Positions 43,600 through 55,072 of a stretch of DNA of 64,000 nt are shown here, piece after piece. The stretch is taken from positions 613,862,001 to 613,926,000 of the forward strand of contig NC_067400.1 of the NCBI RefSeq assembly GCF_016432865.1, in the 5' to 3' direction. Within the stretch, counting starts at the first letter, position 1. Each line of letters begins with the position of its first letter. The notes under the pieces are model-generated. The model worked only from the letters and a program-made list of their open reading frames with translations. It had not been told where the DNA came from and did not search any database. The translations under genes and the position numbers were made by a program. The stretch is from Antechinus flavipes. Taxonomy: Eukaryota.

Positions 43600-44300
43600 T
43601 GGCTCCGGACTGGAGGCGGGGCAGGGGCCCGGAGCCTGTGCTTGTCACACCCAGGCAGCCCAGTCGACAGCTCCGCCGCTCGCAGCGAGTGGCTAAAGCC
43701 TCACCCGCGCCGCGCGCTGATTGGCTGGGTAAGGTTACCGATCGGACTACAGGTGATGCTGGTCTCCTCGCGCTCCTCCTCCTCCTTACCTGCGCCCCGG
43801 GCCATTTAAAGATCGGAGTCGCGTGACTACAGATTAACTAGCCTCTCAGGTCAGCCTCCCGGAGTCGGCGCAGGTTCCTCCTCCCTGGACCACCTAAAAG
43901 CCCAGAGGGAGGAGGAGAGTTGGGAAGGAGAAGAGTTATTTTCGCTAGGGCTGGCGGAAAGGGGACCCCGCCCGACCCCGCCCCCTCGCACTTAGCTGCA
44001 TTGACAGCGCAGGCGTAAAGGGACGCTAACGCGACTGTCCCAGGCCCCTCCGGCAGCCAATCAGACCGGCCCGAGGCGGAGGAGGCGAAGAGGCGTAGGA
44101 TTGCCATAGCGACCAGGCTCCTGCCTCCTCTGACTGTCCGAGGCCCCGCCTTGGAGGCGCCAGAGGTTGGGGAAGGCCCTGGCTCTGTCCTGGGCGGGGC
44201 GGGACCGGGTTCCGTGCCTCCCTCTGCCGCTCCCCTCCACATACACATACCCACGCACGCACACGTGCGCACACACCGCCTACACGTGCACGCGCGCAGT
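43600..44300 (-). promoter_or_regulatory. SERTAD3: SERTAD3 CpG island, non-coding exon 1 and promoter
   Basis: Donor CAG|GTAAGG at 43790/43789; CCAAT boxes ~43720 and ~44057; E-boxes CACGTG 44262-44267 and 44283-44288. Confidence 0.7.
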
Positions 44301-45658
44301 CAGGTATCCGAGGGGATGGGAACTAGTAGAGATAAGGACAGCAAGCGAAGGAGAGGCGGGAGTTAAAACAGGAAAGACAAGATGGAAAAGGAGAAACCCT
44401 TGAGGGGGATAGACGGGAATGGAGAGAAGGGAGGAAAGGAGAGAGAGCCATGGACAGGGAGACGCAGAGGGAAAGAAATGTAAATAGCCACGAGTGAAAT
44501 GGAGACCAGAACAGGGAGAGAGAGAGAGAGAGAGAAAGCTCGACGGACACCCAGAGGAGAGACGGGAGAGACCGAGGGAAAGCCCACAAGGAAGGTGATG
44601 TACACCGAGAAGGAAGAAGAGGCAGGAGACAAAAGACAGCGAAGGAGAAACAGAAGAGTCAGAGGAAGAGAGACGGAGCCAGAAGGAAAGCAGGGAGAAA
44701 GAAATTCTTTCTTTGGCTCCCTGCTGCCCCTCCCCCCCATTAGTTGTATTCACAAGGTATTAATGAGGCGTTACAGACCGCAGAGATAAACCCACTTCTC
44801 AGATTAAATCTGAAGAGAACAATGGGGGTTGACAGGAAAACAAATTAGCCAGCCTGGGAGAACTTTAAAAAGTGAAATCTGAGGAGTTTAAGGCTATCCG
44901 GGCTCCCGGATTGTGCTTGAGATCCCAGCTGGGGGTAAATCGATTTGCCCTCCCCAGCTTCTGCCTCTCTCCCCGGGAATTGCCCAGAGGGAGACTTTCC
45001 CTCCGGAGGCGAGAGAGTTCCTTGGCTCTAGAGAATTTGAGGCCCATTTGAGGGACCGAGGACGCGGGGATACACAGGAGGACCGTCACTGAAGGAAACA
45101 AAGCCATTCCGAGGTCCTTGCTCGGGTAACCAAGGGGTTCTCGGCCTAGGGATCTGGGGTGTGAGCACTCCACTGAGAAAAGACTTCCAGGCCCGGCCAT
45201 ACTAGAAACTGGGGGCTGAACGCCACACACTCTTGCCCTCTGAAATGTGAGCTCACCCTTCTCCCAGCCTGGACATATATTTGTGGGAGCTTATATACTC
45301 ACTTTCTTACCTTGCCATCTAGGTCCAGTAACACCTTCTTAAATGACTAAGCTTATTGGTGGTTACTGGGAGTTTGTGAGTTATAGTTTGCTTGTTTTGG
45401 GTTTCATTTGTTTATTTATTTTTTTTAAAGGAGTGAAAACCTAAGAGAACCCTCCCTGTAGAGCAAACATTAGAAATGACCCAGAGAGGATGTTATGTGG
45501 ACAAAGAAAGAGAAAGAGACAGAAGGAAAGAGAGAAAGGGAAAGGAGAGGGGAGGGAGAGCGAGAAACAGAGGTGGGAGAGAGAGGAGGAGGAGAAAGAA
45601 GAGGGAGGGAAGAGAAGGAAAGGAGGGAAGTCCAGGAGTCCATATGACTCAGTACTTT

Positions 45659-45664
45659 TTTATT
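45659..45664 (-). terminator. BLVRB polyadenylation signal
   Basis: AATAAA on minus ~130 nt after the stop. Confidence 0.75.
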
Positions 45665-45794
45665 ATTCTATTTTCTGCCTTCTTCTTGTAGCCAGCCCCT
45701 GGCCCTCTTCAGCAGTGTCATCCCTGCTTTCCAAGGACAGGCCCACACGATGCTCCTTCTCCCTCATGATCCAGGAGAGTGGGGGCCGCCATCT

Positions 45795-48700
45795 TTAAGT
45801 ATACTGATGGGAAGGGTAGACGCTGTGCCCATCATACTCGGTTGTGGTGAGGCACCGAAGCATGAAGTGCCCCAGGTCGTGTTTGGAGATCACTCTGGAG
45901 GGCCCCCGTCCGTCCACAGTCACGTTGTAGGCCTTGGTCAGGGGCTGGTCCCCAGCTGCAGTGGGAAGAGGAAGAAAAGGCATCTTGGAGCTCAACTGCC
46001 CTTTTCTCTCTTGCCCTTCCAGAAAGGGAGAGGGATGTCCTCTGGGGTCTAACTGAGGGCACATCCTGGAGACCAGGGCTTAACTCAGAGACTCAGAATC
46101 AGGTTTGGAACGGGCAAGCCCAAAGCTCCAAGGCCACCCCTCTGACTCAGGTAGGGCCCCACTACTTGGAAGGGCCCTCAGAGGTCCCCGGATGAGTTAA
46201 GCTTTCTTCCCCCCGCCCCCTCGGATGAACAAGGGAGAGCCCAGGGCCTGCTCTCCCGAAGCTACCGACCAATATGCGGGGGCATCACAGCCACATAGTT
46301 CAGACCCGACTCCAGCAGCAGCTTATGCATCCGGATGTGGTCATCGGTCACTGGCTGGAGCCGGGCAGGGACCTGAGCTGGGTCCCACAAGAGGAAAGCT
46401 GCAGAGAGAGCAAGGGGAACAGCGTCACAGACCGGGGCGGGCAGCCCTGGCCTACTACCCCACGGAACAGGCACACATCATCCATGAAAGACTTCTAGTA
46501 TGGGGAGCTCATTCCCTGGTCCCCCCCACACCCCCTGAGGCAATTGAGGTTAAGTGACTTGCCCAGGGTCACAAGCTAGACAGTGTTAAGTGTCTGAGGC
46601 TGCATTTGAAGTCAGGTCCTCCTGACTTCAGAGATGGGGCTCTATCCACTGCGCCCCCTAGCTGCCCCCAACTCATTCCCTCTTGAGGCAGGATGTTTCA
46701 TGTCTGGACAGCTCTCAGCATCAGGAAGTTTGGGGGTCTTCCCCCATTAGTGAAGCTCTTTTTAGTAGTTTTTAATTCATGAAGAAATTACAGATATTTA
46801 TATAAGAAAAGAAAATATAGAAAGACAAAAAAACAAAAAAAAATCTCAACACCTAAATAACTGGGCTCGCTTGTGTTCCATCACAATAGGCTCTATATAA
46901 GTTTAGATAGAACTTTGATGAAGGTAGATTATGTCCAGTAGTGCAGAAGAGAGCCTTCCACACTTTCTTACTCTTTCAGGTTTTGTCCATTTTGTGTGTG
47001 CGACAGATGGGGTTGTGACTTGCCCAGGGTCACACAGCCAGGAAGTGTTAAGTGTCTGAGACCAGATTTGAACTCGGGTCCTCCCAACTCCAGTGCAGGT
47101 GCTCTAGCCACTGGGCCACTTAGCTGCCCCTGTCCGTATTTTCATTAGGCAGCTTTTGCTCGTTTGTTGGCCCTGAGGTTGATTTGGAATCTGCCTCCCT
47201 GAAGCTCCTCCTACCCAAAGGACCTAATTTTCCCATCTAGAGGACAACAGAATAAGTCCAATTCCTCTTTGTTGAAATAATAATAGTAATTATAGCTAAC
47301 ATTTATATAGAGACTTAATATGTTCCAGGTGCTGCGCTAAGCACTTCATAAGTTTATCTCGCTTGATAATAATGATAATGATAACATTTAGGTAGCACCT
47401 ACTATGTGCCAGGCAATGTGCTCAGCATTATATCAATATTATCTCACTGAATAATGATAATAATAGATAACATTTATATAGTGCCTACTATGTGCCAGAC
47501 ACTGTGCTAGGTGCTTTACAAATATTATCTCATAATAATAATAAGAGCTAACATTTATGTGAAAATAAGAGCTAACATTTATATAGTACCTACTATGTTC
47601 CAGGCAATATGATAAGTGCTTTTACAAACAGTATCTCGTTTGATTCTCACGACAACCTTGGGAAACGGGTACTATTTTCTTCATTTTACAGATGAGGAAA
47701 CTGAGGCAAACACATCAAGTGACTTGTTCAAAGGCCACACAACTAGAAAGTTTCTAAAGACTTCCTGCCTCCAAGCCTGGCCAATCTTAAAAGATAGTTA
47801 AATATCCTAAGCTCCCCAACCCCACCTCATTCTAGCTAAGTATTTCCAGATCAGTCACCTTGTCTGGTCTCCAGACAACTTTCCAATTTGGCTGCTCTTT
47901 TCTCCCTCAATTTTCTCCCTTTGTACTCAATCAAGATTTGAGGATGACACTCGTGACCCTTTTCAGATCCCCGACTTTTTCCAGTGTTCCCCCATCCCCC
48001 AACCTTCGGAGTGCTGGCTAAGGCCCCCGGGAAGGCCCCAAGTCCCCGCTCCACCCACCCGAGGTGCAGGCCACGACCTTGGACACGCCATGGGCCTTCA
48101 TGGCAGCCACAATATTCTGGGTGCCCTCCGACATCACGGTGGTGGGACCTTGGAGGGGAGGACAGAGAGTGACGGTCACTTGTTGGAGGGGGTGGAGGCA
48201 GCGGGAGTGGAGGAGGTGGTGGGGGTGGTCGTGGCTGAGGGGGCCGGGGCACAGGGACAGGCCGGGGGCACAGGGGAGGTTCAGTACTCAGGTCACTGCC
48301 GGTGCCCAGCAATATAATGACGGCATCCTGCCCTGCCACGGTCTCCTCCACGTTGGCTGCTTTGAGGACGTCACCCACCACCACCCGGGCTGGCTGGGGA
48401 CCGTCAGAGGGCAGCTTGGAGGCATCCCTCACCAGCACTGTCACTTCGTAACCTAGACATGGGCGAGAGACAAAAAGATAAACAGAGAGGTCAGGCTTGT
48501 CTGGGAGCCAGGAGCCCGAGGCTCTGCCACTTAGAATGACTCGATGTCAGCCAACCAAGTAGAATTCGTTAATGCTATACTCTTATGTCAGGTACCGTGC
48601 TAAGGGTGCAAAGAAGGGGAAAGACAAAGCTCTGTTCGGGAGCTTGAAATCTAATGGGAGACGGACACAACATGAAACAAGGATGTCCAAATGACACATA

Positions 48701-50744
48701 AACAGGATGTATCAGGCGTAGCCTCAAAGGAAGGCCAAGATCAAGGAGTCCCCCAAGAGATCATGCAGATCAAGTCGCTTAACTCCAAGAAGAAGGAAAA
48801 GGAGGAAGAGGAGGAGAAGGAGAGAAGGAAGAGAAGTAAGAGAAGGAGGAGGAGGAGAAGGAGAAGAGATGGAGGAGAAGAAAGAAAAGAAGAGGAAAAG
48901 GAAGAGGAGGAGGAGGAGGAGGAGAAGGAAAGGTTTTAACATTGTATGAGAAGCAAGGATGGTATTATAGAAAGCAAGTTCTAAATTTGGAGTCAGAAAC
49001 CCTGGATTCAAATGCTATCTCTGAAATCTTTACCACCAAAGTGACCTTAAACAACTTGTTTGCCTCAGTTTCCTCATCTGTAAAATTAAGGCATCGGACT
49101 AGATGCCCTTTGAGGTCCATCTCAGTTCTAGTTCTAGGATCCTGTGACCCCAATTCTCTGGGGAGGTAAATAATGCATGCAGGAGACAGGAGGCAAGGAT
49201 CTGACCTCAAGGTTACGAATCACTCAGAACCAGAATTCTCTTCCTTTCCACCTACACCAAGCTCGCTCTTGACAGTTAAATAATGCCCATTTCTAGAAAG
49301 GACTTTCCTCTCGAGGGAGGGAAGACAGCACATTTTATAAAGGAGGAAACGGAGGCCCAGGGACTTGACCGAGAGTTTTCCGATGAGTATGTGTTGGAAC
49401 TGGCACTCAAACCCCAGGTCTCTCCTTCCTCAGCTCCAAGGCACCAGGCTCCCCCTAAAACAGAGGCTCCTTATCATAGAGATGTGGGAAACTAAGGTCT
49501 GGGGGGGTCAGATGTCCAGACTCCCACACCCCATCATGTGCCTTAGCTCCCAGGGTGCAATCCCAAGGGTGAGCAGTAGGGAGGGAGAAGGTGGGGGCAG
49601 GAGGAAGTTGGGAAAGGAATGACTCAGCAACTCCCAACTTCCTCCCCTCCCCACATTGCCCCCCTCCTCTTGAAATCCTAGTCAGCAAGAATATCTCCTT
49701 TCTGCTTCCTCTCTATACCCCATGTCACAAAAGGGCATCCCTTGGACATTGGGGGATGGGAGGGGTGTTTGTCTGGGCTAGAGTATTGGGAGTATCCATT
49801 TCAAAGGTGCCCAAGCTAGATACCAGAGGCACACCCCCGCTCACCCTGGTGGGGCCTCAGATACCCTGTTATCTAGCTCACCACCTGGGGCAGTCCATGC
49901 TTCTGCTTGCTGCCAGGCGGTCCTTCTGACCGGACCCAGGGAACCGGGCCCAGGGCTTCCCGGTGCCCCCTCACAGTTGTCCCTCTTCCAGATCCAGCTT
50001 CTGCCCCCAGCCCAGGCAGGGCCCCAGGCCTCCGGGGTCCCGTTGCAGAAGCTGACACTATAAATCACTGTGTCCCATGCTGGAGACAATCTTAGGAGCC
50101 CCGTCATGACTTTGCTTCTAGACCTGGGTTCTCACATCCTGTGGATGTCCCAAAAACCAGGTGCTCCCTCTGAGCCAGCCTTGCCCCTTTGCCCTGTCCC
50201 CGCGTGCCCCCACACAGATCCCGGGCCCTAAAGAGTCCCGTTGGCTCTGGCTCCCTCCTCAGGCCTTCCACAGCCTATCCCGCGCTCGCGTCTCCAGCGG
50301 AGTCCCCTGGTCCCGCCCCTCCGTCCCCGACGGCCCCAATCTCCCTATCCTGCCCCCATTTCCAGGTTTCCTCAGAACCCCCGTGCCCCATGCCCGCGGC
50401 TCCCCCGGGGCCCCGTGTCTGTCTGCTCCAGCTCAGTCTCCCAATACCTCCCCTTGCCCCGGTACCCTTTGCCCTGTCCCTCCCGACCCAGAGCCTTCGC
50501 TAGTCTCCCCGCTCCCCTCCAGCCCTCACTTTTCTGCTTCCGTGGCCGCCTCCCTCTGCGTCCTCTCCCCGCCCCCGCCCCTTCAGCGCCCCTCTCTGCG
50601 CCTGCAGAGCCCCCGCGCTGTGCCCTCCGAGAGAGCCGCCCCCGTCCCAGCCCCTTGCCCCGTGCCTGCTTGCACAGCCTGAGCCAGGGTGGCGAGCCCG
50701 GTCCTGCCGGTGGCGCCAAAGATCGCGATCTTCTTGACGGTCAT
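45795..50744 (-). CDS. BLVRB: Biliverdin reductase B / flavin reductase (NADPH), 207 aa, 5 exons
   Basis: Exons 50744-50666, 48452-48288, 48148-48059, 46398-46270, 45955-45795 (624 nt, all phase 1). [16 protein letters not shown] Rossmann motif, [33 protein letters not shown]...YPSHQYT*. Intron 1 is GC-AG. Confidence 0.98.
46540..46670. mobile_element. Marsupial CORE-type SINE
   Basis: gttaagtgacttgcccagggtcac...gtgttaagtgtctgaggc...tttgaa...tcctcctgacttcag...ccactgcgcc..ctagctgcccc; similar copies at ~47015-47130, ~60045-60160, ~62330-62465. Subfamily not assignable without RepeatMasker. Confidence 0.8.
47280..47760 (-). mobile_element. MIR-related SINE with a tandemly reiterated segment
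   Basis: About four successive copies of (gct)aacatttatatag..cctactatgtgccagg..tgtgct..gtgcttta..aatattatctc before the cagatgaggaaactgaggc core at ~47690. Confidence 0.75.
48788..48931. repeat. GAG/GAA polypurine tract in BLVRB intron 1
   Basis: aagaagaaggaaaaggaggaagaggaggag... nearly pure purine. Confidence 0.9.
49470..49630. promoter_or_regulatory. Candidate erythroid/antioxidant enhancer in BLVRB intron 1
   Basis: TTATCA (GATA) 49471-49476, CAGATG 49509-49514, CCACACCC 49524-49531, ATGACTCAGCA 49619-49629. Motif evidence only. Confidence 0.55.
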
Positions 50745-50960
50745 GCTGCCGGGGGCCGGCGAGCCTTCTCGGGCCGGGGAGCGGGGCAAAAATCGCGGCT
50801 CGCGGCGAAACCACGGACCCGGATCTACAGCCCCGAGCTCTGGTCGCCTGCCCCCAGCCTCAGCCGGGCCCCACCTCCCGGGAGGCGTGTCCTGGAGGAG
50901 GCCCCGCCTCCGGACCTGCGCCCGCCCACGGCCCGCCCGCGGCTGGGGGAAAGCGGTCCT
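50560..50960 (-). promoter_or_regulatory. BLVRB: BLVRB CpG-island promoter
   Basis: CpG-dense region around the ATG (50744) with several GC boxes upstream. Confidence 0.7.
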
Positions 50961-51639
50961 CCTCAGCCCTCCGGGCTTAATTAGAGGTCCCCGTAGTAGA
51001 CAAAGTCCCCTTCTGGGTGTCCGGCTGCCCAGCCCGGAGCTCAGCTCACTCAGATCCTCTACAGCTCAGTTACGGGTCAGGAAACTGAGGCCCAATTTAA
51101 AGTCCATTCTCATCAGCCAGTCGGTGCAAGGCAGAAACAAAGCATTTCCGACCTTCCAAGAGCTTTTTTCGGTCAAAGCCCAGGACAAAGGGCTGAGAAT
51201 GTATGCACTTTCCTCAGTCTCTCCCCTCTTCGGTCCTTGTTTCCAGAGAGATATTTCCCAAAGCAGTGAGTCTGAACTTACCCTCCCCCGCTGAGTAATT
51301 TCCAGTGGCTCTCTCACCTCCGGGATCGGCTGCAAAACTCTGTGTGTGGCATTTAAAGCCGGTCAAAACTGGGCTCCGACCGTACACATTACTCTCCTTC
51401 TAGGGGACTTTCATAGGTTTCTGCGTCTGCGTCTGTTCCGTTCAGTGTCTCGGTTTTTTGTTTGTTTTGTTTTTTGTTTTTTGTTTTGTTTTGTTTTTCG
51501 TTTTTTTTTTTTAATGTCTGTCAGAATCTCTCTCTCCCTGTCTTGTGCTCTCTGCAGAAAGGTGGATGTAAGGCGGGGGGCTTGAGAGGAAGATGTAAAT
51601 GTTTTTCTTGTTGGCTTTTTATCCCTAGCAACTAGCATA

Positions 51640-53700
51640 CCCTGGGTAAATCATTTCTGTACTGGCTTGGTTTGGAACTGAGTGCATATGGAGGTGGGGG
51701 TGGGCAGAGAGGGGAAAGAACGGAGGATGACCTGAAGGGGACAAGAGGAGTGAGGGAGCACTGGGAAGAGATGGACAAGTTTGCTGGAAGAACATATTTA
51801 GATGGAAAGAAACGCGGTCTCCTTGGGGACCATAGGCCTTGCAGGATGTCCGCAAGGAGCTGTCCAGCAGGTAATACAGCAGAGAGATTAGGGTTGGATG
51901 TTGAGGTCTGGGAATCATCTGTGTAGAGAGATCATGGAACCCATGGGGACCAGGGAGATCGTTAAGAAAGAGCATGGGGGAGAGTTAGTCCCAGGACATG
52001 ACCTTGGGGAATTCCTGCAATTAAAGGGCTAGAAGATGGATGGCATTTTAGCAGACTAATGAAGAGGTCTGACAAGCCAGAGGAACGCGGCGGGAGGGCA
52101 GTGTCAGGAAAACCAAGGAAAGGATATGTGGAAGGGCTTGGCTGATGGTGTCGCAAGCTGAAGAGAGCTAGAGAAGAATAAGGACTGAGAGAATAAGGAC
52201 TTGCAGTCAGTCATACAAGCAACCTTGGGGAAAAGTCTCAGTCGAGTTTTAAGATTCAAAGTCAACTTACAAAGGATTGAGAAATGGAGAGATGTGGGAA
52301 TGAAGGGATGACGTTTTTAACTAAGCTATGAAAGGGACCTAGAAATATAGCACAATAAGGGGACACAGTTAAATGAAAGTTTTTCAAGGATGCCTTGAGC
52401 ATAGTGAGGAGAGACAGAAGAGAAGAAAACACAGAGAATGAGAGAGAATTGAATCAAAGGGGCAAAGCTCCTGGATATGGGAGAAGTAGGAATTAAGAGC
52501 ACATGTGGAGAAATTGGCCTTGGCCAGGTAGAGAACTACCTCTTTCTCACAGACTAAAGCAAGAGAAAGGAGAGGGGAAAGGTTGTGAGGAAGGGTTTTG
52601 AGGTATGAAACAGGGAAGAAAAGAGCTCTCATAGTGAATGGCCTTGATTTTCTTAGCAAAGTAGGGGTGAGATTCATGCAGGAGTGGGGGAATGAGAAGA
52701 GAAGAGTCTGAGGAGAGAAAACTACTGGGAATGTAATTTTTTATCTTTATATTTTTTTTATTCTTTAAATAACTTTTTATTGACAGAACCCATGCCAGGG
52801 TAATTTTTTACAGCATTATCCCTTGCACTCACTTCTGTTCCAATTTTCCCCCTCCCTCCCTCTACCCCCTCCCCCAGATGGCAAGCAGTCCTTTGCATGT
52901 TAAATATGTCACAGTATATCCTAGATACAATATATGTGTGCAGAACCAAACAGTTCTCTTGTTGCACAGGGAGAATTGGATTCAGAAGGTAGAAATAACC
53001 CGGGAAGAAAAACAAAAATGCAAGCAGTTTATATTCATTTCCCAGTGTTCTTTCTTTGGGTGTAGCTGCTTCTGTCCGTCCTTGATCAATTGAAACTGAA
53101 TTAGCTCACTTTATCGAAGAGATTCCCTTCCATCAGAATACCTCCTCAAACAGTATTGTTGTTGAGGTATATAATGTGGGAATGTAATTTTTAAAAAAAA
53201 GTCAGTGAGAGAATAAAAAAATTATGTGCAACAGGGATGATCTAGTCCTGATCAGACATCATGAGGCTTTTCAGCCAGCGTAGTTGAATGATTTTCCTCA
53301 AGAGTGTGTAAAATATGAAGAATGGAGAAGGGGGATAGAAGGGTGGACCAAGTTTGGGGTTCAGCAAAGCACGACAAAGGTGTAAAGGATCGATTCAAAG
53401 GTAAAGGAAATGTGAAATTCAACTGGTCATCCATAGGATTCAAGACTGTAAAGGGAAGGAAAGTAGAACCAAAGTGGGAAAATGAACTGAGAGAAGGGGA
53501 AAGGGAAGTTATGATGATGAAGAGTAGGTCTGGGGAAGATGGAAGGCTATGCTCAGAGAGAGGAATTTCAGCGCTGAAAGTTATGGAGATAACATAATGG
53601 TGGGTGATTGTGAACCTTCAACTGCAGGTGACCAAGCTGTGGGTCCCCAAGGTGGAGAGACATTGTAAGTCACGGAAAATGAAGAGGCTGAGGAACTACT
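51640..53700 (-). mobile_element. Ancient L2 LINE, interrupted; probably resumes ~56230-56600
   Basis: agagattagggttggatg...gggaatcatctgtgtagag...caggacatgaccttgggg and downstream purine-rich L2-like segments; from memory of consensus. Confidence 0.65.
52742..53176 (-). mobile_element. 5'-truncated L1 3' end (dasyurid-type) with target-site duplication
   Basis: T-rich tail at left; 16-bp TSD TGGGAATGTAATTTTT at 52726-52741 and 53177-53192; target TTTTT/AAAA fits L1 endonuclease consensus. Confidence 0.85.
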
Positions 53701-53933
53701 GATTTTGCAGTTGTAGGCCTTTAGGGTTTTTTTTGTTAGAGGATTTTAATGTCTGACTTTCATCTTCCTGGCTTGAGAGGAAGATGCAAGGTGCGGGGCT
53801 TTGGAGGAAGATGGAAGGTGCTGGGCTTAGGAGGAAGATGGAAGGTGCTGGGCTTGGGAGGAAGATGGAAGGTGCTGGGCCTGAGAGGAAGATGGGAAGT
53901 GCTGGGCCTGAGAGGAAGATGGGAAGTGCTGGG

Positions 53934-54481
53934 TGTGGGGAATAGATAAGGTGAAGAACTTACAGGAATGTATGAATTCTTTTTCTGTATTTTATTATTT
54001 CTGTGTTTCCCCTTTGACCTGTATAATATGTGCAGGCTCATATCTACTTGAGCCTTGGCCAGCTAGAAACATATTTACTTAACCTGAGCTGATGACATTT
54101 ATTGGTATTTGACATTTATCGATATTTAGTCTATTAGCGGGACCACTCTCTGCTTGATTAAGCCTGAAGGCCTGACTTTCTGTTTCCTAGAAATCAGGAG
54201 ATTTCAGGGAAACAGAACCTTCCATTCCAATCTCCCCGAATAGCAACAACCAATTAGATGCCTCCCCCTCCCCTTCTCAGTGCTCTCTTACTCGTGATAT
54301 AATTTCTTGTATAAAAGCTATGTATCTTCACTACTTCTTTAGCCCTCCTACCATGAGTTTTCTCTTTATCTTGCGATGGGACGGCTCATCCTCCAGAGGT
54401 TTTCAATAAACAACTTTTCTGCCTTCTACTGAGTGATCTCTGAGTAGTCATTTTGGGTAAGGGTCTTCTACATCCCTCACA
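53934..54481 (+). mobile_element. Solo ERV LTR, copy 1 (548 bp)
   Basis: TG...CA ends, CCAAT ~54227/54250, TATAAAA 54310-54316, AATAAA 54405-54410, 4-bp TSD TGGG (4-bp TSD is typical of class I/ERV1). Confidence 0.9.
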
Positions 54482-55072
54482 TGGGCTTGAGAGGAAGATG
54501 GGAAGTGCTGGGCTTGAGAGGAAGATGGGAAGTGCTGGGCCTGGGAGGAAGATGGAAGGTGCTGGGCCTGAGAGGAAGATGGAAGGTGTTGGGTTTGAGA
54601 GAAAGATGGAAGGTGCTGTTGGAAGGAAGATGGAAGGTATTGGGCCTGAGAAGAAGATGTAAGGTGCTGGGCTTGAGAGGAAGATGGGAAGTGCTGGGCT
54701 TGGGAGGAAGATGGAAGGTGTTGGGCCTGAGAGGAAGATGGAAGGTGCTAGGCTAGGGAGGAAGATGGAAGGTGTTGGGCCTGAGAGGAAGATGGGAAGT
54801 GCTGGGCTTGAGAGGAAGATGGGAAGTGCTGGGTTTGAGAGGAAGATGGGAAGTGCTGGGCTTGAGAGGAAGATGGGAAGTGCTGGGCTTGGGAGGAAGA
54901 TGGAGGTGCTGGGCTTGGGAGGAAGATGGAGGTGCTGGGGTTGAGAGGAAGATGGGAAGTGCTGGGCTTGGGAGGAAGATGGAGGTGCTGGGCTTGGAGG
55001 AAGATGGAAGGTGCTGGGCCTGAGAGGAAGATGGGAAGTGCTGGGCTTGAGAGGAAGATGGGAAGTGCTGGG

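Noticed and set aside
46910-47065. C/D-box snoRNA (TGATGA at ~46916)
   Set aside because: No D box at a suitable distance, no terminal stem, and antisense to the host gene.
48691-48939. Glu/Lys/Arg-rich ORF
   Set aside because: Polypurine tract in BLVRB intron 1, following an L2 fragment.
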